64,000 nt of DNA. Source: Glaucostegus cemiculus. Its lineage: Eukaryota. Within the stretch, counting starts at the first letter, position 1. Every line of letters starts with the position of its first letter. This document shows, piece after piece, positions 50,445-64,000 of this stretch. Made by a program: the position numbers and the translations under genes. Below the pieces are notes generated by a model, which was not told the origin of the DNA, searched no databases, and saw only the letters and a list, made by a program, of their open reading frames with translations. The stretch lies in the NCBI GenBank assembly GCA_976551045.1, contig CDPCPM010000007.1, forward strand, positions 8,618,001 through 8,682,000. Direction: 5' to 3'.

Positions 50445-51765
50445 TGGCTCTTAATGATCACTTGGATAGGCAGGGACTAATCAGAGACAGCCAACAGGGT
50501 TTTTTCGAGCACAGGTCCTATCTAACCAATTTGATTGAATGTTTTGAAGAGGTAACAAAGGGTATCGATGAGGGCAGGTTAGTAGATGTGATTTACATGG
50601 ATCTTATTAAGGCCTTTGTCAGGGTTCCACATGGGAGACAGATTCAAAAAGTTAATGCCCATGAGATCCAAGGCAAGTTGGCAAACTGGGTTCAAAACTG
50701 GCTTGGTAATAGGAGATAGAGTGTGATGGTAGGTTAGTTTTGTGATTGGGTGCCTGTGACCAGTAGTGTCCCACAAAGGTAAGTGCTGGTATCCTTGCTG
50801 TCTGTAATACATATGAATGACTTGGATGTGGGTGCAAGTGGCATGAACAATAAGTTTGCAGATGACACAAACATGGTGGAGTTGTTGATAATGTGGAAAG
50901 TAGTCTTAAGGCTGCAGAGAGACAGTAATGTGTTGATGAAATGTGCTGAAAAATGGCAGATGGCATTTAATCCAGACAAATGTCAGGTGATACATTCTGG
51001 GAATACTAATGAGACTCAGACATACACCAAGGATGGTCAGGTCTTAGGGACTATTAAGGAAAAGATAGACCTTGGAGTACAAATCCATAGATCCTTGAAG
51101 GTGGCAACACAGACAGATAATGTGGTTAGGCAGGCATATGGGATAGTAGCCTTCATTAGTTGGGGCATTGAATACAGAATTAGGGAAGCTCTACCTTAAC
51201 TTTATAAAACCTTAGTCAGACCTCAGCTGTAGTACTGCATGCAATTCCGGCCACCATGCTATAGGAAGGATATGATAACACTGGAGAAGGTGCAGAGGAG
51301 ATTCACTAGTATGTTGTCTAGAACGGAGCAGTTTAGTTATGAAGAGAGACTGAAGCAGCAAGGTCTGTTCTCCCTAAAGTGGAGGAGGCAAAGGGAGGCG
51401 TGATTGAGGTATATAAAATTCTGAGAACTATAGATAGGGTAGAATGCAGAAAACTTTCCCCTATATCAGAGGCAGCTAAAACTAGAGAATATAGATTTTG
51501 GGTAAGGCTGAAGGTATTTAGTGTGCATATAAGGGGGATTATCTTCACCCAGAGAGTGGTAAATATCTGGAATGCACTGTTTGAGTGAGGATTTGAAGCT
51601 GGGTTGCTGACGGCATTTAAGTAGAGTCTAGATAAGCACTTGAATTGACAAGGCATAGAGGGCTATGGACAAAGTGCTGGAAAATGGGATTAATACAGAG
51701 GGGTGCCCTCGGGTCAGCATGGATGAGTTGGGCTGAATGGCTTGTTTCCACACTGTATGATGCTA
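50445..51765 (+). mobile_element. CR1 LINE, RT and 3' end, frameshifted
   Basis: ORFs 50444-50719 (LIRDSQQGF..SYLTNLIECFEEVT..DVIYMDLIKAFVRVPH), 50783-51199 (MNDLD..KFADDT..WQMAFNPDKCQVIH), 51379-51588 (IEVYKI..FTQRVVNIWNAL). Confidence 0.95.
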
Positions 51766-53194
51766 TTATTCCAATGACTTCTAATTATGAGATCCTACTT
51801 ACAAATGCCATAATATATTGCAGGTGAATTTGCGATGGTGTGTATGTAAAATATATATTGAGATTTTATTAACTTGTTTAGGAGGTGATTTTGAAAGGGA
51901 AAGCAAAATACATTCATTCTTACTGCTTTGGTCTTCTTTAACTCCACCCTTATTTACTTGAACTCATTTCATCCTCTCTCGAAGGATACAGACTTTGGAC
52001 AAGGTCTGATACCTTTGTCAACCAACTAAAACTCACATCTAAGCTCTGACAATGAGCATCGTTAGCCTCGTCCTTTCCAGAAGTCTCCCTGCTCAACCTA
52101 ATCCTATCTCATCCAAGAGAGACATGGAGTGGGAATCCGATTGATCCTCTCCTCTTTAATCCAGACCGTAGCACACTATGGGACATTGCCATGCTGGAAC
52201 CACCACACAAATGGAGAGCATCTGGCAGGTGAGTGATCAGACTGAGACCACTCCTGGCACAGTTTCTGACTGGATAAAATGGCCAAGCTTTTCCTTATCC
52301 TTTTTAAGCTTCTGCTTCCATCACTTCTTCAAGACAGTTAAGGATGGCCAATATATGGTGGCCTTGATATCCTGCCAATGCAAGAGCTGTGAGAGTGAAA
52401 GCAAGCCACACCCAACGAAGGATGGAGCTAGACTAACATAATAGCTCAAACTATTCTGCAGTAGTTATAATGTTCCATTTCGGAACTCAAAAAAGGTGTT
52501 TTTGTATTGGGATAACTTAACTCTACCTCATCTGGAGATGCAAACAGACCAAAATTGAAAGCAAAGTCTTGGAAGTCCTTATGCTATTTTAAAAATTGTA
52601 TTCTAATTTTAAAGAAAGGTATTTCATGATTAAGGGATTCCACACATTATTTTTCTAGTTAAGTATTTACCTTGCTTCTTAGTTTTTCACATTTCTTTAT
52701 CAAAGATCAGGCTGTATTTAGTTACTCTGGCCTCCTTGGTTGCCATATCTGTTTCCTGTTTGAGATTTATGGGTAAATTATGTTATGGCGGTCTCATAAT
52801 TCACATGTAAAGCTTGTTCCATATTGTTAAGCCCAGGACGTCAGTTCTGTTACTTAAATGAAAATAATGCAATGAAAGGGGATTTACACAGGAACTGTGA
52901 ATCCATGGTGATGTTTACCCATAATTCTTAGTAAGAATTACGTGCCAGAGCAATCTAAGAGGCCCAGAATAAGGGAGCACACAATGACCTGGCAAAGGGA
53001 ATACAAAGCAGCTGAGAGAAGATCATAATAATTAAAGGGACAGAATCTTCATGAAAAAGTGGTTGGCAAAACTTATTTTCCTCAGGGAGTGATAAAAGCC
53101 AGAAGAGCAAATCGTCATTCATCATGATGTTACATGCAAGTCTTGTAATGATGCTTTTTGACATGATTTATGTCACTGCATGCTATGTTTGTAA

Positions 53195-53775
53195 ATAAAT
53201 GAGCAAAGGCTTGTCCAAATCATGAAGACGTTGCCCATTTATAAAACACTGGTTAGATCCCAGCTGGAATATTGCAGCCAATTCTGGGCATCACACTTTA
53301 GGAAGGCATTAAGAAAGGGTGCAGAGGAGATTTATTATATTGGTTATCAACGATGGAGTACTTCAGCTCTCTGAAGAGACTGGTGAAACTGAATTGTTTT
53401 CCTTTGAGTAGAGAGGGTTAAGAGATTTGACTGAAGTGTTCAAAATGTGAAAGGTTCTGATGGAGTAAATAAAGTGACATTGTCTCCTTGACCAAAAATG
53501 TCAGCAACCTGAGGACACAAACTAGTGGTAATTAGTAAAAGAACCAAAGCAACAAGAGGGAAAGATTTCACACAATGAATTGTGATCTGGAATGCACTGC
53601 CACAAATTGTAATGGAAGCAGATTTGATAATAATCTTCAAAAGGGAACTGGATAAATGCCTGAAATTGAAAATTTTGTGTAGCTGTGAGGGAAAAGCAGA
53701 AGTGAAGCTAATTGAACATTTTGTTCAAAGAACTGGCACCGTTCAAATGACCCTCTATGTTGCATCATTCTACAT
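53195..53775 (+). mobile_element. CR1 LINE 3' fragment
   Basis: tataaaacactggttagatcccagctggaatattgcagccaattctgggc; ORF 53582 IWNALPQIVMEADLIIIFKRELDKCL. Confidence 0.85.
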
Positions 53776-55999
53776 GGTTTGAGAAAGATGTGCATTCTAA
53801 TGAAAGAAAGTACTTCATGGAGATACTTTGGAAGCCTTGATACTTATTTTAGATAATTTTGTTATCCCTACAATTAAACCTGAATCCATATTAAAAAGTA
53901 CAATCCTCCTTTCACTTCACAAAATATTTGCCTTTTAAGCTCTAATTTGTATTTGTGATGAACTTACCTTTGAGTTACACCACATCTGTTTTTACTCACA
54001 ATAAGATCCTTCTCTTTATTACTTGTGTTTTAATGGAAGATTTCTGGCCCTTTGCTTATCTCACATGTTAACGTCAGCTTTCCTTTGACTGAAAAAATAA
54101 TGGTCTATTGTGTTTCCGCAAGACCTACAGCACCCTTCAATTGTCTAGAGTATGGTATGCTTTTTGTTCCTACTTTGTCCAACCCTTCCTGTGTAAGTAA
54201 CAGAATATACCTACATGTGGCCTCCAGCTCAAAGCCCAACTGCTTCTACCCCAACCACTGTCCCTTCTTCCCCAGGACAGTGCTTCTTCTCAGACACTGA
54301 AGCATTTCCAAACCACTGTATTTCTTCTCTCTGATTCTCTGTTCTATTTTGTTACTGGTTTCCTTAAAGGCCATTTCTCAGGCCACAGTGCGTCTTGATT
54401 ATCCTATGCATGCTTACATGTGTCAGCACTGTGCTGCCAATTCATTGTGGGCAAAAGACATCTGCCCATGTAACCCCAAGAAAATTATCTCTCTCCATTT
54501 ACTTGCACAGTGAAGTTTGCAGGACATCTTAAGAGATTGCCAGTAAGGCAGCAATGACTTTCAATTACCCTTCTTAAAAACAGTGCTATTCAGAGTCTCA
54601 TCTGTTAATACCCCTAAGGAGTTTTCCAGCATTTATATTGTATAGCAGGTTCAGTTATCACTTTTATTTTTATGAACAAAATGAGATAAGGTCACATATG
54701 GCTGCAGATACCGTTGCACAGGTGCTAGTGAGACAGTATACCACTGCTGGGTGGGTTCGCTTGCACAGCATCATCTGCAAGTTCATATTTTCTTCCAAGA
54801 CCAACAACTCTGTGTCTTGGTAAGCCCATTAGTATCAGAAAAGAAAGTCTGGGAAAAATGCAAATGTAATAAAAAGATGCAGGATAAAAAAGAACAATGA
54901 ACACATTGGGGCCAGGACAATCTAAAAAAAAATTACCATTGATACCCCTGGCCCTGTTGAAAGTCTGTCCTGAAGGCCAATACTCATAAGCTAATCCATC
55001 AAAAATTTGGTAATTTGCATCCAACTTATTCAAGATAGGAAAGCCTAAATCTGCCAGCAGATTTTGCTCATCTTAATGAAATGCCAGCTTCTTCATTCTG
55101 GATAGTTGGTAGTTTGTGGAAAAGGAATGGGTGTGTTAACCCTGGGCTGTGGGTGGGGTGGGTGGTATTCTACTTATTCCTGGTGCAGGTTCTTGGTCTA
55201 CAAGCAGGTGACCGCAATAAAATCAACTGCAAAATCTTGTTTATTCTACCCTTATATTGACAACCCTCTCAGATCTTCTCAAAGCAAAACATATGATGCC
55301 TTTAATCTGACCACAGACATGCATGAATTATTTTAAAGAACTGACGTTTAATGGTGAGATCATTTAACTCCATGTGATGCTTTTATATATGGGATCTGTT
55401 ACTCATCACTGAGATTTCAGTAGAACAGCCAGACCTAAATAAAAATATGGTATTAATAGGGTTTGCCCAGGGTTTCTGCTGCTTTTCAACTGATGAGGGC
55501 AGCTCACTGAGACTGCACAATGCTGTATTGCTTTCCTGTTAGGAATGTGCTTAATGTGGGAGAGTAAGGAATAGGCAAAGATGCAATGGATGCAGGGATT
55601 ACAACATAAGGCGACCTGTGCTGTTTTAGAGTTACTATTTTGGAAATTACTACAAGGAAGAGGGTGAACCTCTGCCAATGCACTGTTCTACTCTGTTTAC
55701 AGCTTGGACTATTATTTGTAAATCAATGTCATTTAGACAAAACTGGGTCTATAAAATTCTGCAAGGCTCCTTCCTTGTTTCCTTGCAATCTCGCCAATCT
55801 TCTGTTAAGTTTGTTGAAAAGGGATCAGGACAATTGCTGTGAAATCCCTGAAACTTTGAAGAACCTCATCTTGGAATACTTAGAAGCATGGAAAATGCCG
55901 TGTATGGTGGGCCAACCTATCCAGATAACTTGTTGCTACAAGTTCTTATGTGCAAGAGTTCTGAGAGGAATATACACATTAACTGCTGCTCAAAGGCCA

Positions 56000-57480
56000 G
56001 TCTCTACTTGCTGCATCATTGCAGAGGAAAACAGTTGAGTCATGGGTCCCAGTTATGTGTTGTGTGGAGAGGGCTTTGCGGGTCTGAGGGGCCTCAGAGG
56101 CTTATAGAACTGAAACAAATTACAAGAATAGGGAGGCTTTGAAAACAAGGATGATGGTTTTAAGATAGTCATTGCTTCAGTGGTAGCCAGTTTAGATCTG
56201 TGGGTCAGTAGACACGGGGGTGGGGGGGGGGTGCTGTGGTTAATGGTTTGGTCCAAGCGAGGACATGGACAGCTGAGTTTTGCTTGTTTTCAGTGAATGG
56301 AAAGGTGAATAAAGAATGTACAGGAATGGTTAAGCCTGAGTGTTGGAAAGTCATGTATGGGCTGAAGCAGGCATTGAATCTGTGGGTGTTACAGAGGTAG
56401 AAATGGACACTTGGACATGGTGTGGCTATGTGGTCCAGAGTTCAATTTCAGATTACATATGAAACCAAGCAGTCTGGCTAGAAAACAGAGTTTGTTTTGG
56501 TGATAACAGACAATGGTTTTGACCTTTCATCTGATTAGAGGAAATTTCTGGATGTTGTGCAAAACTGAAAACTTAGCAACAGATGAAGGGTGAAGATAGG
56601 TAATGGTGAAGTGATACAGGGTACCATCAGTGCCTTCTTCCTTTATGTCGAGAGGAAAATGTGCACATGTTCTCATAACTACTTGTTAGTTATGTTCACT
56701 TAGATGATTATGAGTCGGTTCGTTCCACTGAATGGACCCTTTGCAAAACACTCTGCTTTAGTATTGGCAATTCCATTGTTTGCACACAGAGTCACGTAGA
56801 AGCCTTGTGGTAAATCTTGCCTCTGTGGCCTCCTACCATGGCTTAAGGAGAGGATTGGGTGGGTGGGAATCAGGAGTGGAGAAAGATTGAAGAAGTGGAA
56901 AAAGGTAGGTAGCAGCCAGAGAAAAGGCTGCAATGGTGGAAGAAGATCACAGTGAGGGATATACAAGATTAGAGGACAAAGGAATAATTGGGTAAGGAGA
57001 TCTGGGTGAAGTTTGTGGTGAAGGGGAGAGAGGTTAATGAGGGTCAAGGTGATCTTAGAGGAGAAGATCAGAGTGTGGAGAAAAGATATTTGGAGAGGAT
57101 AGATTGGGGAGGTAATGGCAAGATCAAGGTTGAAAAGGGGTTTAGAAATGGACAGAATAAAGTAGAGGGCAAATCAAGTTGGGCTCAGGGGGAGATTGAT
57201 GGGGAAGATGATCTGTGAACAGGAACAAATTCTGAATGGGGATGGAGGAGATATTCAGAGTGAGGACAAAGGAGATCAGGGGCCAGAATGAAGAACTTGG
57301 GAAGAAGGTTGTGGGGAAGTGGGCAGAGAAACAACTGTTGTGATGGAAATGGCTAGGTGGTGGTGTGAGAGGTTGTGGTGAATGTGTTGAAGACATGACT
57401 TGAAGGGCCTTTGAGAAGAAAGTGAATTTGATCATGGGTGTGGGATATGAGGACAATTTCCAAGAATCTGACAGAATGCA
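56000..57480 (-). mobile_element. Decayed L2 LINE
   Basis: tttgaaaacaaggatgatggttttaaga..gaggacatggacagctgagttttg (L2 C-terminus, reverse); ORF 57142-57669 YPTPMIKFTFFSKALQV resembles YRPISNLPFLSKVLE. Confidence 0.6.
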
Positions 57481-58871
57481 GAAACTTAATTGAGGAAAAA
57501 TGGGAAAATGACCCATCCTCCACAAATGTTCACTGCTGGGTTCTCTATCAGAGGCCCAGGCAGAGACAGGCCCTATTAGTAGCACAGGACCAGGATTTAA
57601 CATTCTAGTTGAAGCTTGTTTGTGCAATTGAAGCCTGAACCTTATGTATGATAACATAAATGACGCCAATCATGCATTGCTTGCAAACTGATACCACTGT
57701 GCATATCGAGAGGCCTCCCTGCATATATACATCAGATGTATGGAGAACTGAGAAAGAATTAATACAAGCAAGCAAAGCAGAATGAAGAGAAAATTATTCA
57801 ATCATTTTAAACCTATTTTTTTAACTGGGTTTTGGCCACTTGTCCTCATATTCTTGATCTCAGTTTTTAATTAATATGTCTTCATGACACACCTTGTGAA
57901 TTTCTACTTTATTAATTGCACTAATACAAGTAGTTGCTTTAACATTAGCTTAAAGCATGTCTGGTGTATAATTACAACCACTATTTAATGTCTGAAGTTT
58001 ATTTTTTTAACATACTTTGAAGGGCAACGAGTTTATATTTAGAAGTTTTATTTCAAGATTGAGAAATATCCTACTGATCTCCAATGCATGTTCTATATTA
58101 AAAGTTTATTTATTGATTTTGTTCATTTTAATTCACTGAGAGTCCTTTGGCACTAGTTATTATATTACATAAGCTGCCTCTGATCCCACACCCGAAATGA
58201 TGCCTACTGTAGAAAATCCCTTAAGCAGGAGTCAAATATTAAATTCACCAAACCATCTTGGCCCCAAAGGCAATTTTTTTTCATTGGTAAGCCATGTCAG
58301 CATGAATTTCACACACACACACAGCCATATGCAAGGACTTTTTAACATCAGTGAGTATCATAATCAAAGAAAACCCTCTCTTGCAGCCTTAGTTTCTGTC
58401 ACTGCTATAAGGTCATGTAGAGCATACCAGGGTGTAAATACACTACTGTCTGAAAAGTGCCTTGGTACAAGTAAAAGAAGAGTGGTGCATTTTCTATAAC
58501 TGTGTGCTCTGTCTATCAGATAAATATTGCAGTCTGGCTGATTATGCAGCAAACTGCAGAAACATGATTTTCCCAGATGACTAAAGTTTTATAAATGTGC
58601 TTTCATCTCTTACTCCGAAGATTACAATTCACTAGTTTGTTTACGTCAAAAGTTTCTGATGATTTGCAGTGTACAGTTATCATGCTGAAAATATCTATAA
58701 TGGAGGATAATAAAATGCAGTTTTAAGCAGGATAAGAGAAAATTGGGTTGCAAAATGTAAACTATAAGGCTTAATATGCAAACCTAAGTATTTGGTGGAC
58801 TTGAGTTAGACATCTAGAAATGGTAGTGTCAGGACAGCTGGGTTAGAGAGTCTTTGTTCAACATGCCATTA

Positions 58872-59010
58872 ACATTAAGAAGCAGAGCAGGAATAGGCCA
58901 TGCACCATCTCGAGCCTGCTCCAGCATTCAATTTGATCATGCCTGATCATTTAGCTCAGCATCGCATTCCTGCACTAACCCCATATGACTTGATTCCCTT
59001 CCACCTAATA
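58872..59010 (-). mobile_element. CR1 LINE 3' tail
   Basis: gagcaggaataggccatgcaccatctcgagcctgctccagcattcaatttgatcatg. Confidence 0.75.
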
Positions 59011-61607
59011 TCTAATGACTGTTTCAGTTGTTGGCCTGTGGCTGCAAAACCAAGTAGAACTCAAGACATGAATGGACATTCGTTTTCCTACAAAGGAAAA
59101 TGTAAGCCAACACTGGGCCCTTGGGGTTGGGGGAGACAGTTTGAGGGAGCAGTGGGTTGGATCTGGTCAACAATTATGAATGCGTTAATGATTTAGAGGT
59201 GTTCAGTGGTGATCAGGAATGGGACCAGGGCTGAGTGGAGAGGTAGATGGCCAGGGTTTGGGCCATTTAGGTGTCTGGTGTTAGATCCTGGTCTGCCAAG
59301 GGAATCAGATCCAGGACGAGTCAGGAGTTGGACACATTTGGTACTGTGGAGGTGGATGTATGGTAAAACTTTCCTTAATGCGGACCAATTTACCTGGAAG
59401 TACACTACGACAAATGTTGCTTAGGGAATGAGATCCTGGCAGATGCACAAGGATATTCAGTCTGTTATCACATTCTACTTCATCTGTAGAGGTTTTCAAT
59501 CATGTGGCATGGAAATAACTTGGCTTCCAGGTTGGGTCTCCAATGACATGAAAATCATTGGACTTTGGTTCATTTCCTGGATTGCTGCAGGCAGCTTGAA
59601 CTGTACCTCCAGAACCACACCTGCACTCAGGGCTGTGTGTGCCTCAGTGACATGGAAGTTCTCAGGTCCTGCTATCTTTAAAAGTGCCCAGGTGTGTCAA
59701 TATCTTGTCTTAGGGCTTCTACCTTGGAGATTAGAGCAGGAGATTGGAATGAATTCCGACAGAAACTAACCATTAATGCATTTGCAGACAGAATTTTATC
59801 ACTTCAAAATCAAAATTCTTGGGAGATAAGTGGAATAGTGCCAGAAAACAGATGAGGGAATTGTGATCAGCAATTACCCCTGTACATTTAACCTTACATA
59901 TTTCAGTGATGACATCCTCACTGAATCCCACTGTTGTACTGAAGTGGTGTAGGAGAATTGTTCCTTGGTAGATCTGACTCCCTGCTGACTGCTATTCTCC
60001 CTCTCCTCCTCCTCCTATTTCTGGCAGATTTTTATTTTTGTTTTTTTTTTGTGCAACTCCCCATTATCCTCATTAGAAAAGGAATGGCGATTAAGATATC
60101 TAGGTCATGGAGAAGCTGCCTATTCCAGAAGTATTGAAAATAATGTACAGCACTTCCTGTAGACTTTGCAGACTCCAAGGTCTGGAAACATAACTCAAAC
60201 TAACACCCCATAGAAATTAATTAGCATCTCAAGCCACCAAGTGATTGATGGTTCCTTTCAATGGCAATGGATTGGGATAATGAGGCTTGTCACTGGTGGT
60301 AGTGGAGGTCTTCCCTTCACTAAATGCTTGATCCTCCATGTGTGCCTCACATTAGCATTGGGTGCATCTTTGAGTCCAGTTTGGCAGCACTGTCATTAAT
60401 TCAACTTTATTGATGATTAACATGATCTGTCCAGTCTTCATAGTTCAGGAAAGGAATAACATCAGACATACTAGTGCCCTTCCACTATTGGCAGAAAATG
60501 CAACTTGGATTACAAAGGTGTGTGCATGTATATAGCATGCCAACTTCGATACAAATCAACATTTGTTGTACCCAAACAACCAATGCTGTAGTCAAGTTTT
60601 ACTACACTATGGTACTGGCTGGAATTACGTAAGGATTTGCCTGCTACTTTGCCATCTACACTGTCAGCTAGTGTGGCTGTTGGAATTTAAAATTTCATTG
60701 TTCCATTTATGACATTATTTTGGCCAATTCAGACAAAACTAAGCCTTTCATTGAGTTTTGAAGGCATTCTGGCTGAGTTTAAATTATATTGTAATTTTTT
60801 CCTGAATATTATTTAATATAATTTAAATATTATTAAGCAGTAGAAATTAACAAGAGTGCTAAAAACAAATTGATAACATTGTGCCTAGCCTAGAACTTCA
60901 CCCCGAGTGATTAACACTAACTGTGCTGTACAATAGAAAGCTGTGTGTTCCATGACACTTCCACGATTTGCCACTATATACCACCTGGGGATAGATTTAT
61001 TGACATATATGTTTCTAGGCATTAATGTTAGGCATTCAAAAATTATTATGCATTCAGCTGATTTAGTTACCATTCAGTGAAGACTGGGACAAAATTAATT
61101 CCAGTTTTGTTTTTTGCACAATATTTGATTCATTTAGCTTACTTTTTGGAAGGAATTTTGTGTTGTATTTATTTATGATTAACAGACTTAGTGTTGTATT
61201 GTCCAATATTTAGCTTATGCCACTCAAGTATCAATAAATAATTGGATTGCAAGAGGCTTGTTCAATTCTCTAAGTACTTGCAGAAAAATCCATAGATTTA
61301 AATGATGTTGAAACACTGTTGATAAGGATTTACTTATAAAATGCTATTGACTTGTGCAAGACTTCATGTTGTGCGATACTGAGACCTACAGATAACAAAA
61401 GCACACAATTTGATGGCTGGTCTGTGCAGAATTGGTTGATTGTAGTTAAGATGCCAGAGCAAGTGCTCGAACAAGAGCTAGCATTGCTGACTTAAGGATA
61501 ATTCCCATTCTTGAACTTGGCATTCAGCCATCATTGCTTAGACATGCGAGAGTGGATAATGGAGAATGATTGGATTAAGTTTGACTACAAATCTCCACAA
61601 TAGGAGG

Positions 61608-61670
61608 GGTGGCACAGTGGCACAACTACTGCCTCACAGCTCCAGTGACCCTAGTATAACTCTAACTGGA
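61608..61670 (+). mobile_element. V-SINE 5' (tRNA head) fragment
   Basis: ggtggcacagtggcacaactactgcctcacagctccagtgaccc. Confidence 0.6.
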
Positions 61671-61899
61671 TATCAACTAACATGTAATGTGCAAGTTCAT
61701 TCTTTTGGGAAAGAAGCAGGTACATGTCGTGTATCCCTCGGACCTTACCCGAGTAAGAAGACATTGAGAGAGAGCTCTGTAAGATTTAAAGTTGAATATA
61801 CATATGCTTTGCTGCAGTCCTTCAATGTGCCACAGTTGCTTAGTATTCAAGTTAATTCCTCCTCCCTGGATTTAAAAGCTCTAACATTGGTGGTTATAC

Positions 61900-62075
61900 T
61901 TACAGCTGTCAAGGTCCTAATACTCTAAAATTCCCCCAGGGACTTCTTAGAACAAGCGTTTGGTTGGCTGCAAGTATCTCCCGACGTGGCTCAGTGCTGA
62001 GTTTGGTTCGCTTGCACCTCTGTGAAGAAGTGTGGGATGTCTACCATGCTAAAGGTGCTATATAAATGATGTTAC
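61900..62075 (+). mobile_element. L2 LINE 3' tail
   Basis: gtggctcagtg..ctgtgaagaagtgtgggatgtctaccatgctaaaggtgctatataaatg. Confidence 0.6.
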
Positions 62076-62496
62076 TGCAGTGGCTATAGGGCAGCAGTGG
62101 ACAAGGGTTGATGATGCTTGTTGTGGTGGTAGTAGCAGCATATAATCAGGTAATAGTGGGACAGATCTTGATGTCAACAATGAATTGCCCTGGCTCACGA
62201 CTGACACACAGAAAGTGTATGGACTTATATTTCGTGGATCCTCCAATTAACTTGCTGACAAATTCCATCCTGATCCTAAATGATGAGGACCTGTAATTTC
62301 AGCAAGGTCATGCACAGCATTATACCATCACGTGGGTGAGTTAGACCAAGCCCCACCCACAAATCAGCTTTAATAGCTGGAGAATACTCTACTCATCCTA
62401 CAGAACAAGAACACAATAAATTGAAAACAGGCTTCAGGTGAACTGCAGCCAATCAGATCAGGAAGGATCGTCCATCAACTCAGGCAGAGAGAGAGG

Positions 62497-62972
62497 AAGG
62501 AAACTGCAGAGAGTTGTGGACACAGCCCAATGTGTCACAGAAACCAGCCTCCCCTCCTTGGACTCTTGTCTTTACCTCTCGGTGAAGAAGCCAGCATAAT
62601 CAAAGACCCCACCCACCAGAGTCATTCTCTCTCCTCTCCCATCGGGCAGAAGATACAGGAGTCTGAGGGCACATACCACCAGGCTCAAGGACAGCTTCTA
62701 CCCCACTGTGTGATAAGAATATTGAACGGTTCCCCTATATGATGAGATGGACTCTGACCTCATAATCTACCATCTTGTGACCTTGCACCTTATTGTCTAT
62801 CTGCACTGCACTTCCTCTGTAGCTGTGACACTTTACTTTGTACTGTTATTGTTTTTATGTAGACTACCTCAATGCATTCTATACTAACTTAATGTAACCA
62901 CACTGTGTAATTAATTGATCTGTATGATTGGTATGCAAGACAAGTTTTTCACAAGTGACAATAATAAACCAA
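62497..62972 (+). mobile_element. Rex1/Babar-like LINE 3' end (subfamily B) abutting the promoter
   Basis: aaactgcagagagttgtggacacagccc..gccagcataatcaaagaccccacccacc..gtgacaataataaacc; similar to reverse complement of 40805-41296. Confidence 0.9.
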
Positions 62973-62977
62973 TGTAG

Positions 62978-63190
62978 CGACTCACGCTACCGGGGTCTGA
63001 AACGCCGTTGGCCGTCGCGGGGAAACGCGCAAGTTTCCGGGATAGCGCTGGAAGGCGGGACTTCCGGTGGGAGTATGACGTCACTTCCGCCGGCCATGTT
63101 TTTTGTAGTTCAGGATATGCGCGGCTTTTGGTGAGCTATTAAAAGCGTGCTCGATCGAGGCTCCGTGTCCTCGTGTTCTTCTAAGTCGCA
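62978..63190 (+). promoter_or_regulatory. Compact CpG-rich housekeeping-type promoter (ETS, ETS-CRE, YY1-like)
   Basis: ACTTCCGG 63060-63067; TGACGTCACTTCCGC 63076-63090; GCCATGTT 63093-63100; high CpG density. Confidence 0.85.
63085..63130 (+). other. Probable first exon of an unidentified plus-strand gene
   Basis: Donor TTG|GTGAGC at 63130 just downstream of promoter motifs; ATGs at 63096 and 63117 may or may not be used; start approximate. Confidence 0.55.
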
Positions 63191-64000
63191 CCCTGCTGGC
63201 TGCTACACCAATACCACTTTGCCCTGTGTCCCCTCACAACATTTTCCAATGGAAGTTTCAAAATGGTCTCTGTCTTTGTGGGGAAGGCCACAGTAAGAAT
63301 GGCACCCTGACATTTTTATTTAATAAAGTACCCATGTTGTCAATTTGAATTACTAACTATTTTCAAATATCCTAGAGAGATACTGAGATGTTTTATAGAA
63401 GGGGATGGTGGTGAAGTTATTGAGCGGTGGATGAAGCTGGCACTGCTGTGGATAGAACATGACGTTTCAGGTGAATACATTTGTCTTGAGAACACATAGG
63501 AGATTGTTTAATGTCTTCTAACGTCTGCATCAATATCTTTGTACCAACAGTCCTAGCATTGCTGTTTCTTCCCACTAATTCTCACATCTAGAGGGTCCCT
63601 TGCTCCTTATGGAGGTTGGTCATCTCTTCTTTCCAACCTGTGCATTAAGATTTCCACTGCATTTTCAGCAAATCATGGTGCCCATGCTTTCAAACGCTCA
63701 GCCATTCCTCAAAATGTCAGCTTCCCCTTTAATAAGGTCCCATCATTTCTTACAGCTGAAGGAATGCTGGAGCCCTTTCATTCACACCAATCTCACAAGA
63801 GATCAGTACCCCCCTCCCCCCCCCATTGATAGCTGCAGTTAATGAACAACACTTAAAGCAATTATAATCTAAAAATAAACAGTAGTGCTAAGTTTACCAC
63901 ACAGTTTGCAATGCAGGAACAGGTGAACGAAGCCCAAAATAGTTTAGCCAATTTAACCCTCTTAAGTTTTCAGAAATGAGTTTGAGGATTACTGCAACTT

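Noticed and set aside
57142-57669. 175-aa ORF as a host gene
   Set aside because: Overlaps decayed L2 sequence with strong strand-composition bias

Overview
Eukaryotic genomic DNA, mostly AT-rich and non-coding. The repeat complement (CR1, L2, Rex1/Babar and RTE LINEs, Penelope-like elements, V-SINE/HE1, Deu-domain and LF-SINE-like SINEs, Harbinger and Gypsy fossils) points to a cartilaginous fish, probably a ray/batoid; this is inferred from remembered repeat consensus sequences, not a search. No intact multi-exon gene, rRNA, true tRNA or CRISPR array is visible, and almost every ORF-track entry is noise or a transposon fragment. Host-gene signals: (1) a CpG island at ~25.1-26.4 kb with a minus-strand first exon (donor at 25948), followed by candidate small 5' exons/alternative promoters at 18608-18645, ~12340-12700, ~11260-11390, 11050-11097 and 2322-2536, the gene leaving the window to the left; I could not name it; (2) a compact housekeeping-type CpG promoter at ~62.98-63.19 kb with an exact ETS-CRE composite and a plus-strand donor at 63130. 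Most interesting items: a type-I hammerhead ribozyme fold in the Penelope 3' terminus (with decayed copies elsewhere), an in-frame ORF running across four predicted 5' exons, a six-fold CAGCTG E-box cluster next to a REST-like site, an LF-SINE-like relic in a TE-poor intron, and a perfect 20-bp hairpin at the edge of a Harbinger fossil. I see no firm evidence for a wholly new biological system.
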